This document shows, one piece after another, positions 27,070 to 37,153 of a stretch of 59,899 nt of DNA. The position numbers and the translations under genes were made by a program. The notes under the pieces are model-generated. The model saw nothing but the letters and a program-made list of their open reading frames with translations, searched no databases and was not told where the DNA came from. The stretch is from Victivallales bacterium (GTDB lineage: Bacteria > Verrucomicrobiota > Lentisphaeria > Victivallales > UBA1829), in NCBI GenBank assembly GCA_045594005.1, contig JAZNXT010000115.1:1-59899 (forward strand), read 5' to 3'. Numbering within the stretch: position 1 is the stretch's first letter; each line of letters begins with the position of its first letter.

Positions 27070-28159
27070 AAAATTTCTTCCCCTTTCTGAAACGCAATGC
27101 CCCCTGCAGCCGTTTCAGGAAATACCAGATCCACGATTCCGTCTTGAAAAGATGTTTTACCGCACTGCGTTTTTCTTCCGTGTTTTCCGGTCCGCTTTCT
27201 GTAAAAAGTTCAGCGATCACTTCTGGAGCATCATAACGCTGTTTCAATTCAGTCAAAGCGATCTCACGGTCATTTTTATCCAGACGCAGCCGCCATTTTT
27301 CAGCCAGCATCTTCAGCTGTTCTCTTTCCCGGATGGCAAAAGCGGAGCGATAAGTTTCCCAAATGCCTTCCCGTACAAGGATTTCTTTCACAAACCGCAG
27401 CGCGTCGGTCATGGAGGCAGCCTTCCGGAAGGATTCCGGAGTCATTTTCCGGCTGCCGGTGATCCCGATCTCCCGGTAGTAATTGTAGAAGATCCTGCCG
27501 GACATGATAAATTTTTTCAAATGCAGGGCAGTGGGGATGAACTGAAGAAAATCATCGGCAAAGATACAATAGAATCCGGGATCCATATCATATTTTTCCA
27601 TGACGGAAAGCAGGATATCCCGCCGGATCATTTTCAGGCACATACTCCAGGAAAAAGCATGGGACCGGAAGACCGCATCGAAAATATCTTTTCCATGCAG
27701 TGTGAACGGCGCAGAGTCCAGTGTATTTCCATAGGGATCGCGCGAACCGTCCCCATTCAGTTCCCGGGCACCGAATCCCACGGCATCGGCATTGTTTTTT
27801 TCAGCGATCGCCAGCAGAGTCCGGACCGCATCCGGATCAAGGGTATCGTCTGCATCCAGATTCAGGATATATTTCCCCCGTGCGGTTTTCAGTCCCGCGA
27901 TCCGTGCTGCGAATGTTCCCCGGTTTTCTTTCAGATGTACGGCATGGACCCGTTCATCGGTATCGGTGAAAAAACGGATGGCACTTTCCGCATCGTCCTC
28001 CGAAGCATCGTTGATAATAATGATCTCCAGATCGTCCCACGCGATCCCCTGTTGCGTGAACAGGGAAAATATTCCCCGGGAAAGATGTTTTGCAGTATTG
28101 TAAACCGGGATCAGCACAGACACTGCGGGTGCCGGTCCGCTTGCTGTTTCAGAAATCAT
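27059..28159 (-). CDS. glycosyltransferase family 2
   Basis: LIPVYN, INDASED, LDADD; start trimmed to ATG 28159. Confidence 0.9.
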   Translation of the reverse strand: MISETASGPAPAVSVLIPVYNTAKHLSRGIFSLFTQQGIAWDDLEIIIINDASEDDAESAIRFFTDTDERVHAVHLKENRGTFAARIAGLKTARGKYILNLDADDTLDPDAVRTLLAIAEKNNADAVGFGARELNGDGSRDPYGNTLDSAPFTLHGKDIFDAVFRSHAFSWSMCLKMIRRDILLSVMEKYDMDPGFYCIFADDFLQFIPTALHLKKFIMSGRIFYNYYREIGITGSRKMTPESFRKAASMTDALRFVKEILVREGIWETYRSAFAIREREQLKMLAEKWRLRLDKNDREIALTELKQRYDAPEVIAELFTESGPENTEEKRSAVKHLFKTESWIWYFLKRLQGALRFRKGKKFYDC

Positions 28160-28166
28160 TTTCTGT

Positions 28167-30302
28167 TCAGCCCTTTCTGAAGATCTTTCGCATGATATAA
28201 CGCGTCCCCGCAAAAAGGATATGCCGTCTCCGGGTTCCCGGCGGGAAAAGTTTTGCCAGTTTTTTATCAAAGAACGCATAGAAGGAATAGAAGGTATCCC
28301 CATCCCGCGGCGGCACAATGCAATAGTGTTCATAGTTCAGCGAATCATCCGCCATGACGGCGATCAGCGATTCCAATACATCGTTCCCCGGCTGCGGGGC
28401 GGGCGCATCTTCCGTCAGCATGGCAAAAAGATCTTCCCAATTCCCACGGGGAATTTCCGGTACAGGCGGACAGAATTTGCTGTCGAAACATTCTTTCAAT
28501 TTTTCGTTCAATCCATCCGGAGTGATCTCTGCCGGATCCGCACAGATCACGGGTCCGTAATCAAAGAAACAACTCGCTGCGGTGATCTCCGTTTCCCCTT
28601 CGGTGAGCAGAACTGCCGCCTGTGTCAATTCCTGTTCCAGACCGGAACGGATACTGTCACAGATCCGGATATGGTCACGGATCCCCCAGGCGACCGACCA
28701 TTCTTTGAGTTTGCGTTCGCTCTCCTCCGGGATCCCGGGTGTCACGATCACCAGATCACCGGTACAGATCTTGCTGTCACGGAGTTTTGCAAATGCTCCT
28801 GCCGCCAGCAGAAGTCCTGCGGCATTTCCGCCGTTTCCAAGCCAGACAATATTTTTTGCATCTTCATTTTTCCGGATGGGGACGCGTTTCAGAATTGACA
28901 GAACCGCAGAACGCATCCCGCGACTGCGGTGCAGTGCCGCTTCTTTCGCACTGAAACACCCCACGGCATCCGCAAAACGGTATGCAATGGCGCGTCCGGC
29001 AAGATGTCCCAGCGTATCGGTATTCCCGCAGAGCAATCCGGTACCCGGCACCACGATCAGGCGTTTCCCTGTCAATTTCAGAGAAAGAATATCCCAGATC
29101 AGATCCGCGCTTCCGGTATCAAACAGGATCACCGTATCTGCATCGGAAGTCAATGCAGAGGAGGTATCTTCACAGAATGTTGCCGCCGGATTCTGTTCTG
29201 CCAGTGCGGCAAGCTGCTGTGCGGATGCAGAGGTTTGCACATAAGGTGCGGCAATGGCGATCTTTTCCACTTTTCCGGAAATGCGGTTCGTGATCAGACT
29301 GTTGAATTGTTCCACTGTTCCGATCCCCCGTGCCGCTTCCTCCATTTCGCCGGGATTGCAGAAAGTCATTCTCATGGCTTTGATGATCGTGCAGGGATCA
29401 TAATTTTTCAGCATGAACGCAAAACAGTACGGTCTGTCGGCAGGGATGACGCGGTGGATCCAGCGGTCCAGCAAATCTCCCAGCAGACGGTCTTCCTGTT
29501 TACAGAATGCGTCTTCGTATTTTTCAAAAATGCCGTTGTCTTTCAAAAACGAGCGGACGGCATTGAGGGCGGTGAAAACGGTGCAGAGCCGTTCAAATCC
29601 TTTTCTGTCTGCCGCTTTATAGGCACTCACTCCGGTGTTGAGAATATAGTTGTAGCCCTTCTTCCGGAGTGGTTCATAGTGTTTTGAATAAAAACTCATC
29701 AGCGTACAGAAACAGAAATCTTCCGCCATGATGTAATAACCCGGTGGCAATGCTTCCGCCGCTTTGCGGAAAACATCGTGAGCGATCATTTTTCCAACGA
29801 TGTTCCAACGGTATTTCCCGTGAACAAATGCCCCTTCAAAAACTTCGTCGCCGAACAGAGGTTTTTTCGCCGGGTTGATATTCCGTTCCGTATTCCTGGC
29901 AAAACGGGTCTTTTTCCCGTTTTCCATACGGACATCAAACTGAAAATGCACCATATCCGCACCGGTCCGGACCGCTTTTTCGTATGCCGCACGGGCAATG
30001 TCCGGCGTTAAAGTATCATCTGCATCCAGACAAATGATGAACTCTCCGGTCGCCGCTTTGATCCCGGAAAGACGCGCCGCAAGGATCCCGCCGTTCTTTT
30101 CGTGGGTGACCACTTTGACTCTGGGATCCTTTGCCGCATATTCCGCCAGCACTTCCGCCGCATTGTCCGGCGAGGCATCATTCACGGCAACGATCTCGAT
30201 CTCTTTCAAAGTCTGATCCAGCACACTTTTCATACATACCGGCAGATAGCGTGCCGTGTTGTAAACGGGGATCAATATGGAAACTTTCGGGCGTGTTGTC
30301 AC
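28167..30302 (-). CDS. GT2 fused to a degenerate GT4-like domain
   Basis: LIPVYN, VNDASPD, LDADD, MAEDF; C-terminal half GT-B-like without clear EX7E; C-terminal FPPGTRRR; GTG start with AAGGAG. Confidence 0.8.
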   Translation of the reverse strand: MTTRPKVSILIPVYNTARYLPVCMKSVLDQTLKEIEIVAVNDASPDNAAEVLAEYAAKDPRVKVVTHEKNGGILAARLSGIKAATGEFIICLDADDTLTPDIARAAYEKAVRTGADMVHFQFDVRMENGKKTRFARNTERNINPAKKPLFGDEVFEGAFVHGKYRWNIVGKMIAHDVFRKAAEALPPGYYIMAEDFCFCTLMSFYSKHYEPLRKKGYNYILNTGVSAYKAADRKGFERLCTVFTALNAVRSFLKDNGIFEKYEDAFCKQEDRLLGDLLDRWIHRVIPADRPYCFAFMLKNYDPCTIIKAMRMTFCNPGEMEEAARGIGTVEQFNSLITNRISGKVEKIAIAAPYVQTSASAQQLAALAEQNPAATFCEDTSSALTSDADTVILFDTGSADLIWDILSLKLTGKRLIVVPGTGLLCGNTDTLGHLAGRAIAYRFADAVGCFSAKEAALHRSRGMRSAVLSILKRVPIRKNEDAKNIVWLGNGGNAAGLLLAAGAFAKLRDSKICTGDLVIVTPGIPEESERKLKEWSVAWGIRDHIRICDSIRSGLEQELTQAAVLLTEGETEITAASCFFDYGPVICADPAEITPDGLNEKLKECFDSKFCPPVPEIPRGNWEDLFAMLTEDAPAPQPGNDVLESLIAVMADDSLNYEHYCIVPPRDGDTFYSFYAFFDKKLAKLFPPGTRRRHILFAGTRYIMRKIFRKG

Positions 30303-30320
30303 TGTATCTTTCTCCTTCGG

Positions 30321-31970
30321 TCAATCGTAAGAGGGAAAACCATTGGGCATGATCTTTTCCCGTTTCTGTTTTTTGCGTCTGAATATGGCATTGACCGCGC
30401 CGCACAGACGCGGAAATTTCTCATTCAATTTTGCCAGCAGGTGTGCCAGCGGATGATCTTGCAGATAACGCGGGATTAGCTTTTCCGACATCCGCTCCAG
30501 ATAGGAAGCATGATTCATACAAATCTGATGTGCGATGGCACATTCTTTTTCCATGATCTCAAAATGGCGTACTTTATCTTCCGCAGACACCGTATCGGCA
30601 AACAATCCTGTTTTGTCTTCTCCCGTTTCCAGATACGCAAAAAGCTCTGTCCAAAGCTGTTTTACGCGTTCCTGCGAGAATTCCGCAAGGGAATCTTTTG
30701 CCTCCGATCCCAGTGCATACAGTCTTTCCGGATCATTAAATAATCCGCAGACCGCCTGCGCCATAGCCTTTTCATCTCCTTGCGGTACCTGGATACAACC
30801 GTGTTTCGCCGCTTCCAGATAAGGCATGGCAAACATCACACAGGGGCGTGCATACGCTTTTGCTTCCATCAGCGTCATGGGGTATCCTTCAAATGCCGAC
30901 GGCATAAGCAGGATCGCGCCCTGCCGGTAATATTGAGCCACATCTGTGGTGTAACCGGTGAAAATGACTGCTTTTTTCAATGCTTCCGAACTTTCTGCGT
31001 AACGGTGCAGTTCCGCATCAAAGCCTTCTGTATCGGGTCTGCCGATCATCAAAAGTTTCGCATCCGGATGTTCCGGAAGGATCGCTTCCAATGTCCGGAC
31101 TGCCGCCAATGCACCCTTATCTCTGCTCAACCTTCCCACAAACAAAAGTGTTTTTTCTTTGGAAACTGTACGACCTTCCACCGCAGAAAATGTCAGCGGA
31201 TTGGGCATGAACATACAGCGGTCATTGCCGCCGGGATACGCCCGCCAGAATGTTTCATCACAGCGGGAAAGCACGGTCAGGACATCCACTGCCGGGTACA
31301 CACAATCCCGTTCCTCTGCGATCCGCGGATCTCCGATCCGCCACGGATAAGTGAAAAGACTGTGTTCCTGCACAATAGTCCTTGTGCCGCAGTACCGTGC
31401 CGTAAGAATATCGTCCGGCGTGATCCATTCCGCATGATCGAAGAAAATGCAGGTGTCGATCTCCCGCTTTTTCAGTTCCAGTTCCAGCATTGTGCGCCGT
31501 TCATGCGGCAGTTGCGGCAATACAACGCGCTCTGCCGCTGCGGGGCAGGGATAATCTTTTTCTGTGGGAGCTTCTCCCGCAAAGAGCGTTAATTCTTTTC
31601 CCATCCCGGCAAAGATCTCCATGAGGAGTGCCGCACACCGTTCCGCACCGCCGTTCCGCAGATACCGGCAGAAGATCCCGATCTTTTTCACACTTCGCGG
31701 TGTTTGTTTCAGATACGGAAAACGCAGATCTTTCAGCAGATCCCGCCGGTACCAGAATGTGGCAAAATACAACAGCGGCGCACTCAAATATTCCATCAGG
31801 ACCGGCAATCGTTCCGCGGCATCATCTTTTTTCAGTTCCATGGCGATGGCACGGTAGGTGATGGAATCCGACTGCATGATGTCTCCGGCATTGGTTCGCG
31901 GAGCTGTTGCCGCTCTTTCCGCCAATGCTTTGCAATGTCTGATCAGACGCTCTGTTTCGGTTTTATCCAT
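30321..31970 (-). CDS. glycosyltransferase family 4
   Basis: GGAER, PNPL, FVGRL..DKG, EGYPMTLME; start could be up to 32024. Confidence 0.85.
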   Translation of the reverse strand: MDKTETERLIRHCKALAERAATAPRTNAGDIMQSDSITYRAIAMELKKDDAAERLPVLMEYLSAPLLYFATFWYRRDLLKDLRFPYLKQTPRSVKKIGIFCRYLRNGGAERCAALLMEIFAGMGKELTLFAGEAPTEKDYPCPAAAERVVLPQLPHERRTMLELELKKREIDTCIFFDHAEWITPDDILTARYCGTRTIVQEHSLFTYPWRIGDPRIAEERDCVYPAVDVLTVLSRCDETFWRAYPGGNDRCMFMPNPLTFSAVEGRTVSKEKTLLFVGRLSRDKGALAAVRTLEAILPEHPDAKLLMIGRPDTEGFDAELHRYAESSEALKKAVIFTGYTTDVAQYYRQGAILLMPSAFEGYPMTLMEAKAYARPCVMFAMPYLEAAKHGCIQVPQGDEKAMAQAVCGLFNDPERLYALGSEAKDSLAEFSQERVKQLWTELFAYLETGEDKTGLFADTVSAEDKVRHFEIMEKECAIAHQICMNHASYLERMSEKLIPRYLQDHPLAHLLAKLNEKFPRLCGAVNAIFRRKKQKREKIMPNGFPSYD

Positions 31971-32091
31971 GTGTCCTGCCGCTTCCGGATGTTTTTGTTC
32001 ATATACACGATCTGAAACATACACCGGATTCCGGAAATGTCAATGGCGCGCGCGCGAAAAACACGCTTTTTATATCAAAAAATCTGTTCTT

Positions 32092-32784
32092 TCATTGCAT
32101 CAGACGGAAAAACAGGATCTGAAGCATGGCGATCAGGTTGTTGCAGGCATGGAAAAGAATACAGTTCCGCACCGAATTTGTGCGCAGATATTCCAGCGAA
32201 AGGAATACAGACATGATGAGAAGGGATGCCGCACTGTAAAGATTGGCATGTGCCGCCGCAAAAAATATTGCCGTGATCCCCATGGCGGAAAACGCCGGCA
32301 TGACGGAATGGAGTCTGCGGAAAAGCGCGCCGCGAAAATACAATTCTTCTGCCGCCGGAGCAAAAATGACAGCCGTTGCCGCCACTTGAAAAAAGTCCTG
32401 CCACGAGCCGTATCGAGCCAGTTCCACCAATGGCTGCTGCGGCAGCGGGATCTGAAGAAAACGGCAGATCAGTTGTGTGGCATAATTAGCAAGAAACATA
32501 CAAATAAACATCAGTATGAAATAACAGAAAAACTTTAAGAAACTTATACTTTTTTCCGGTGTCAGATGCAGGATCTTCCGGATATCTCCCCCCGAATACA
32601 CCGTGCCGGAAAAAGTCAGCAGTATCACCAGAAGGGGGAAGACCATCAACGGCAGTTTGAACCCGTTCAGCGTCATCAGATTGATAAAAATGACTGCGCC
32701 GAACCCGCCGCCGATACAGATCCAGTCTGTCAGCGGTCTGACCGTTTTATCTTCATTGTTTTTCCACAGTATCTGCCATTCCAT
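32092..32784 (-). CDS. CPBP (Abi/CAAX) intramembrane glutamic protease
   Basis: AEELYFRG, FAAAH, HACNN; multi-TM. Confidence 0.9.
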   Translation of the reverse strand: MEWQILWKNNEDKTVRPLTDWICIGGGFGAVIFINLMTLNGFKLPLMVFPLLVILLTFSGTVYSGGDIRKILHLTPEKSISFLKFFCYFILMFICMFLANYATQLICRFLQIPLPQQPLVELARYGSWQDFFQVAATAVIFAPAAEELYFRGALFRRLHSVMPAFSAMGITAIFFAAAHANLYSAASLLIMSVFLSLEYLRTNSVRNCILFHACNNLIAMLQILFFRLMQ

Positions 32785-32818
32785 AAAAATACCCGCAGTT
32801 TTATTGTTTTTCGCAGAT

Positions 32819-32846
32819 ACTATAACACATCACGGCAGGAAATCAA
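32819..32846 (-). promoter_or_regulatory. candidate promoter of CPBP/glycan locus
   Basis: cTTGATT-16nt-TATAGT on minus strand. Confidence 0.5.
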
Positions 32847-32951
32847 GAAACGGAGAGAAAAAACTTTTTTTGCGGAACCTTTTTTATGCAGTCGTGTCAA
32901 TAAAGGCGGGAGCGGTTTGGAAATATGGGGGTGTTTCCTTTCCGTTTCCAC

Positions 32952-32979
32952 TTGACAAATAAAAAAATGGAATTACATT
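32952..32979 (+). promoter_or_regulatory. candidate promoter of moxR operon
   Basis: cTTGACA-16nt-TACATT. Confidence 0.55.
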
Positions 32980-33035
32980 TACCGTGATTCTGTTTTACAT
33001 ATACAAGTAGAATAAAAGCAAAGGAGATATGGCGC

Positions 33036-34064
33036 ATGATGAAAACAACAGAAGAAATACAGCAGCTCCAGAATAATGTGACGCAAACTTCGGCATTCGT
33101 GAAAAATTTGCGTGCGGAATGCGGCAGGATCCTTGCCGGACAGGAAAAGATGCTGGATCGCCTTCTGCTTGCGCTGATCGCCGATGGTCATGTGCTGCTG
33201 GAAGGTGTGCCGGGGTTGGCAAAAACTCTCATGGTGAAGACATTGGCGCAGTCGCTGAACGGCTCTTTCTCCCGTATCCAGTTTACGCCCGATCTTCTGC
33301 CCGCCGATGTGGTCGGAACCACCATTTACAATCAGAACGATCATACCTTTTCGGTGAAACAGGGTCCCGTCTTTGCCAATCTGATCCTGGCGGATGAGAT
33401 CAACCGCGCCCCTGCAAAAGTTCAGAGCGCATTGCTGGAATGTATGCAGGAACGGCAGGTGACCATTGCCGGGGAAACCCGGAAACTGCCCGCACCGTTT
33501 CTGGTGATGGCGACCCAGAACCCCATTGAACAGGAAGGCACTTATCCGCTGCCCGAAGCACAGGTGGACCGTTTTATGTTCAAATTGAAAGCGGATTATC
33601 CCCGCCGGGATGCCGAACGGCTGGTGATCGAACGCATGGCACACCCCGAACTGGATCTGAAAGCTCTCCCCGTGGCAAGTCTGGACAACATCACTGCCGC
33701 GCGGAAAATGGTGGATCAGATCTATATTGATGATAAGATCGTGGAGTATATTCTGGATATCGTTATTGCCACCCGTCCCCGCCACGCGGCAGAACTTTCT
33801 GCCCGTCAGCACGGAGTGAAACTGGATGATCTTTCCGATTTGATCCAAGTGGGTGCATCTCCCCGCGCGGGGATCGCATTGGCTCTGGCGGCACGGGGAC
33901 TTGCCTTTATGGAGGGCAGAGCGTACGTCACGCCGGAGGATGTGAAAGAACTGGCTCCGGATGTTCTCCGGCACCGTCTGATCCTGACTTATGAGGCGGA
34001 AGCGGAAGAACTCACCGCCGATGATCTGATCGCGCGGATCCTGAAAGAACTCAAAACACCCTGA
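33036..34064 (+). CDS. moxR: MoxR family AAA+ ATPase
   Basis: GVPGLAKT, RIQFTPDLLPAD, ADEINRA, ATQNPIEQEGTYPLPEAQVDRF. Confidence 0.95.
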   Translation: MMKTTEEIQQLQNNVTQTSAFVKNLRAECGRILAGQEKMLDRLLLALIADGHVLLEGVPGLAKTLMVKTLAQSLNGSFSRIQFTPDLLPADVVGTTIYNQNDHTFSVKQGPVFANLILADEINRAPAKVQSALLECMQERQVTIAGETRKLPAPFLVMATQNPIEQEGTYPLPEAQVDRFMFKLKADYPRRDAERLVIERMAHPELDLKALPVASLDNITAARKMVDQIYIDDKIVEYILDIVIATRPRHAAELSARQHGVKLDDLSDLIQVGASPRAGIALALAARGLAFMEGRAYVTPEDVKELAPDVLRHRLILTYEAEAEELTADDLIARILKELKTP

Positions 34065-34082
34065 TGCAAGAGAAATTTTCCT

Positions 34083-34967
34083 ATGTTGAACCGTGAACTT
34101 CTTGCAAAGATCCGGAAACTGGAGATCCGTACACGCCGCATGGTGGATCAACTCACCGGCGGTGCGTACCGCAGTGTCTTCAAGGGCAGGGGGATCGAAT
34201 TCAGCGAGGTCCGGGAATACATCCCCGGGGATGATGTCCGGGATATCGATTGGAATGTGACTGCCCGCAGCGGAACAGCCCACATCAAAAAATATTCCGA
34301 GGAACGGGAACTTTCGGTGATCCTTGCGGTGGATATTTCCCGGTCCGGTTTTTTCGGGACTGCCGGTGTGGAAAAACGCACCCGCATGGCAGAGGTCGCC
34401 GCGCTTCTGGCTTTGAGTGCCGTGCGGAATCACGATAAAGCGGGTCTGCTGCTTTTTTCCGACCGGACGGAATTGTATCTGCCGCCGCGATCCGGCAGAA
34501 CTCATGTGTTGCGTCTTGTGCGGGAATTGCTTGCTGCAGAGCCGCAGGGCAGGGGGACCGATCTGCCCGGAGCGGTAACATCGTTGAATCATTCCCTCAA
34601 GAAACGGTCGGTCGTTTTTTTGATCAGCGACTTTGCCGCGCCGGTGAATTACGAAAAAGAATTGAAAATGCTCAGCCGCCGTCACGATACCATTCTGATC
34701 CGTGTGACCGATCCGCTGGAACACACATTCCCCGCAGGATTGCCCGGTCTGGTGCTGACCGATGCGGAAAACGGCAGGAGTCTTACCTTTTCGATCCGGC
34801 GCAAAGCGGACAAAGTCAATGCCGTTTTTGCCGCAGATACCGGAAAAGTCAACGATCTGGCGCGGCGTGCAAAAACCGATCTGATCGATTTGAGTACCGC
34901 CGATGCGGATCCGGTTCTGCCGTTGATGGCATTTTTTCACAAACGCCGTGAGGGAGGCTCCCGATGA
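34083..34967 (+). CDS. DUF58 protein (vWA-like)
   Basis: GRGIEFSEVREY.PGDDVRDIDWNVTAR, VDISRS, LISDF. Confidence 0.95.
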   Translation: MLNRELLAKIRKLEIRTRRMVDQLTGGAYRSVFKGRGIEFSEVREYIPGDDVRDIDWNVTARSGTAHIKKYSEERELSVILAVDISRSGFFGTAGVEKRTRMAEVAALLALSAVRNHDKAGLLLFSDRTELYLPPRSGRTHVLRLVRELLAAEPQGRGTDLPGAVTSLNHSLKKRSVVFLISDFAAPVNYEKELKMLSRRHDTILIRVTDPLEHTFPAGLPGLVLTDAENGRSLTFSIRRKADKVNAVFAADTGKVNDLARRAKTDLIDLSTADADPVLPLMAFFHKRREGGSR

Positions 34968-36016
34968 AAACTGAAATCGATACAGAAAAAAATAATGCTG
35001 CAAACGCCAGACTTTTCCGGATTTTGCTTTACACCGTTCTTGCACTGGTGGCTTTGAGCGTGCTGTTCTTCGGGGCGGCATATTACAAATACCGGAGCGT
35101 CCTGAAAGCGGATCCGGGAGTGGAAGTGCTGGAAAAAGTTTCCTATCAGGATACATTGCGGGAACTCGCGGAAAATCCGGAAGTCGCACTGGGGGATGAG
35201 TTGCAGGCTGTGGCAACTTTCCGTGTGCCGTGGAACAAAAGTCCCGTGAAAGCGGAACTGCACAAAGGGGAGGGGATCGAAGTCGCACAGGAAGCGGAAC
35301 TGCTTTTTGACCGCTATCAGTGGGGCAGCAATATCTGGAGTGTCCGCGCTTTGATCCTGCCGTATCTGAACGGGGATATCTCTCCCGGATCCATTACGGT
35401 GACTTTCCGGAATGATTCGCCCGGCGGTTCCGGCGAAACGATCACATTGCCTCTGCCGCCGATCCGTTCCAAGCTGCCGGAAGTCGCATCCAATGAATTG
35501 GAACTGGCTCCGGAAATGACAGAGCCGGTGAAAGATGAAAAACTCCCCGCTGCAACTGCGGTGATGATGGGACTCTGCGGGCTGATCATTATTGTGACGG
35601 TGATCCTGGCAGTTCTCACCTTCCTGAAAAAAGCGAAAAAGGAAAATGCCCGCGCATTGTGGGAAGTGACTCTGGATGAAATGGCAGCTTTGCGGTCCTC
35701 GGTGAAAAATAATGCTCTTTCCCCGGAACAGGCGATCGCGACTCTGACCCTGATCCTCCGGGATTTTCTGGAACAGCAGTTCTCTCTCCGGGCGGGCCGC
35801 CAGACCACGACGGAATTTCTGCGGGAAATGGATCAGGATGATTCACCCCTCAAAGACAGCGACCGCCGGTTCCTGAAAAAATTTCTTGTTGCCGCCGATC
35901 TTGTGAAATTTGCCGGAGTCAGTGCGGAAAAAGAAGCATTTTATTCCGCTGCCGATCAGGCAGAAAAAATGATCCGCAGTGCTGCCGGTGCGGAGAAGGG
36001 AGAAACACAAAAATGA
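34964..36016 (+). CDS. membrane protein of MoxR/Bat-type operon
   Basis: Two TM segments, QTTTEFL, ADLVKFA; ATGA overlaps at both ends. Confidence 0.75.
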   Translation: MKTEIDTEKNNAANARLFRILLYTVLALVALSVLFFGAAYYKYRSVLKADPGVEVLEKVSYQDTLRELAENPEVALGDELQAVATFRVPWNKSPVKAELHKGEGIEVAQEAELLFDRYQWGSNIWSVRALILPYLNGDISPGSITVTFRNDSPGGSGETITLPLPPIRSKLPEVASNELELAPEMTEPVKDEKLPAATAVMMGLCGLIIIVTVILAVLTFLKKAKKENARALWEVTLDEMAALRSSVKNNALSPEQAIATLTLILRDFLEQQFSLRAGRQTTTEFLREMDQDDSPLKDSDRRFLKKFLVAADLVKFAGVSAEKEAFYSAADQAEKMIRSAAGAEKGETQK

Positions 36017-37065
36017 CATTTCTTTATCCTTATTGCTTTTTATTGCTGATCCCCCTGTGTGCCGTATTGTTTTACGCATGGCGGAAAAAAGAACCCTCCA
36101 TTACCGTCCCTTCCATTCAGCCTTATGAACAGGCTCTCGAACGGAAAAAATGGCAGGCGGACTGGCGCAAAACGATCCCGCTGATCTGTTATGCCGCCGC
36201 CGGACTCCTGATCACAGCCGCGCTTGCCCGGCCGCAGACCGGTACGGAAGAAGCACGGATCCGCGCGGAGGGGATCGATATTATGATCGTGATCGATATT
36301 TCCACCAGTATGCTTTCATACGATGTGCCGCAAAAATACCGGAATACCAGCCGCCGGGATCTGCGTCGTGCCTTCAATGCCGGGGAATTGCAGGATCGCA
36401 TGACCATCGCAAAAGCGGAGATCCGAAAATTTATCGAATCCCGTCCCGATGACCGGATCGGGCTGATCCAGTTTGCCGTCGGTCCGGATCTTGTCTGTCC
36501 CCCCACATTGGATCACGGGGAACTCCTTGCCGCTCTTGCCGCCATCAAGCCCGATCCGGATCTGGTCGGTTCGCAGACGGGGATCGCGCCTCCGCTGGTG
36601 GAAGCCGCCGCATCCATGGAACGGGCAAAATCCAAAAACGGGATCATTGTCCTTTTTACCGACGGGAAAAACAATGTGGATTCCCCCATTCAGCCGCAGG
36701 ATGCCGCAAAACATGCAGCCGGTTTGAATTTTCGTGTTTATACCGTGGGGATCGGTTCCGATTATACGCTCTACCCGGAACCGGATATTTTCGGAAATCT
36801 CAATCTCATTCCCGGCGGAGAAGGGTTTGATCCCCAATTCCTGAAACAGATCGCCATTGACGGAAACGGCAAATATTACAGTGCCGCAGATCCGGAGGGA
36901 ATGGCGGCAGTCATGGCGGAGATCGACCGGCTGGAAAAAACAGAGATCGATGAAAAAATCATTGTCCATTCAAAGGAATGGTATCCGCTTCTTGCCGTCC
37001 TTGCAGGCTTGCTCATTCTTTCCGGCGTTGCCTGTTCCTGCGTCATCCTGCCGAAATTGCCGTAA
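36013..37065 (+). CDS. batA: BatA-like vWA domain protein
   Basis: N-terminal TM, ALARPQ, MIDAS DISTS, DRIGL, FTDG, YTVGIG, C-terminal TM. Confidence 0.8.
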   Translation: MTFLYPYCFLLLIPLCAVLFYAWRKKEPSITVPSIQPYEQALERKKWQADWRKTIPLICYAAAGLLITAALARPQTGTEEARIRAEGIDIMIVIDISTSMLSYDVPQKYRNTSRRDLRRAFNAGELQDRMTIAKAEIRKFIESRPDDRIGLIQFAVGPDLVCPPTLDHGELLAALAAIKPDPDLVGSQTGIAPPLVEAAASMERAKSKNGIIVLFTDGKNNVDSPIQPQDAAKHAAGLNFRVYTVGIGSDYTLYPEPDIFGNLNLIPGGEGFDPQFLKQIAIDGNGKYYSAADPEGMAAVMAEIDRLEKTEIDEKIIVHSKEWYPLLAVLAGLLILSGVACSCVILPKLP

Positions 37066-37091
37066 AAATCTGTTTTTTTTGATTTTACGCC

Positions 37092-37119
37092 TTGTAATTT
37101 TCCGGAATTATGCTAAAAT
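37092..37119 (+). promoter_or_regulatory. candidate promoter of perR-dfx-rub
   Basis: cTTGTAA-16nt-TAAAAT with TGn extension. Confidence 0.55.
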
Positions 37120-37134
37120 TGAGAATGATTCTTG
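37120..37134. promoter_or_regulatory. Fur/Per-box-like operator
   Basis: TGAGAAT-G-ATTCTTG 7-1-7 inverted repeat directly after the -10 element of a Fur-family gene. Confidence 0.65.
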
Positions 37135-37153
37135 ATTTTTGAAGGTTTTGGGT

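Noticed and set aside
25079-28333. Long apparent gene overlaps in the glycan locus
   Set aside because: Caused by the ORF track using the furthest upstream start; downstream ATGs remove the overlaps (same for holB, rpsB, dfx)
32979-35288. 769-aa minus-strand ORF
   Set aside because: Antisense to moxR and DUF58, which have strong family motifs; sequence is not protein-like
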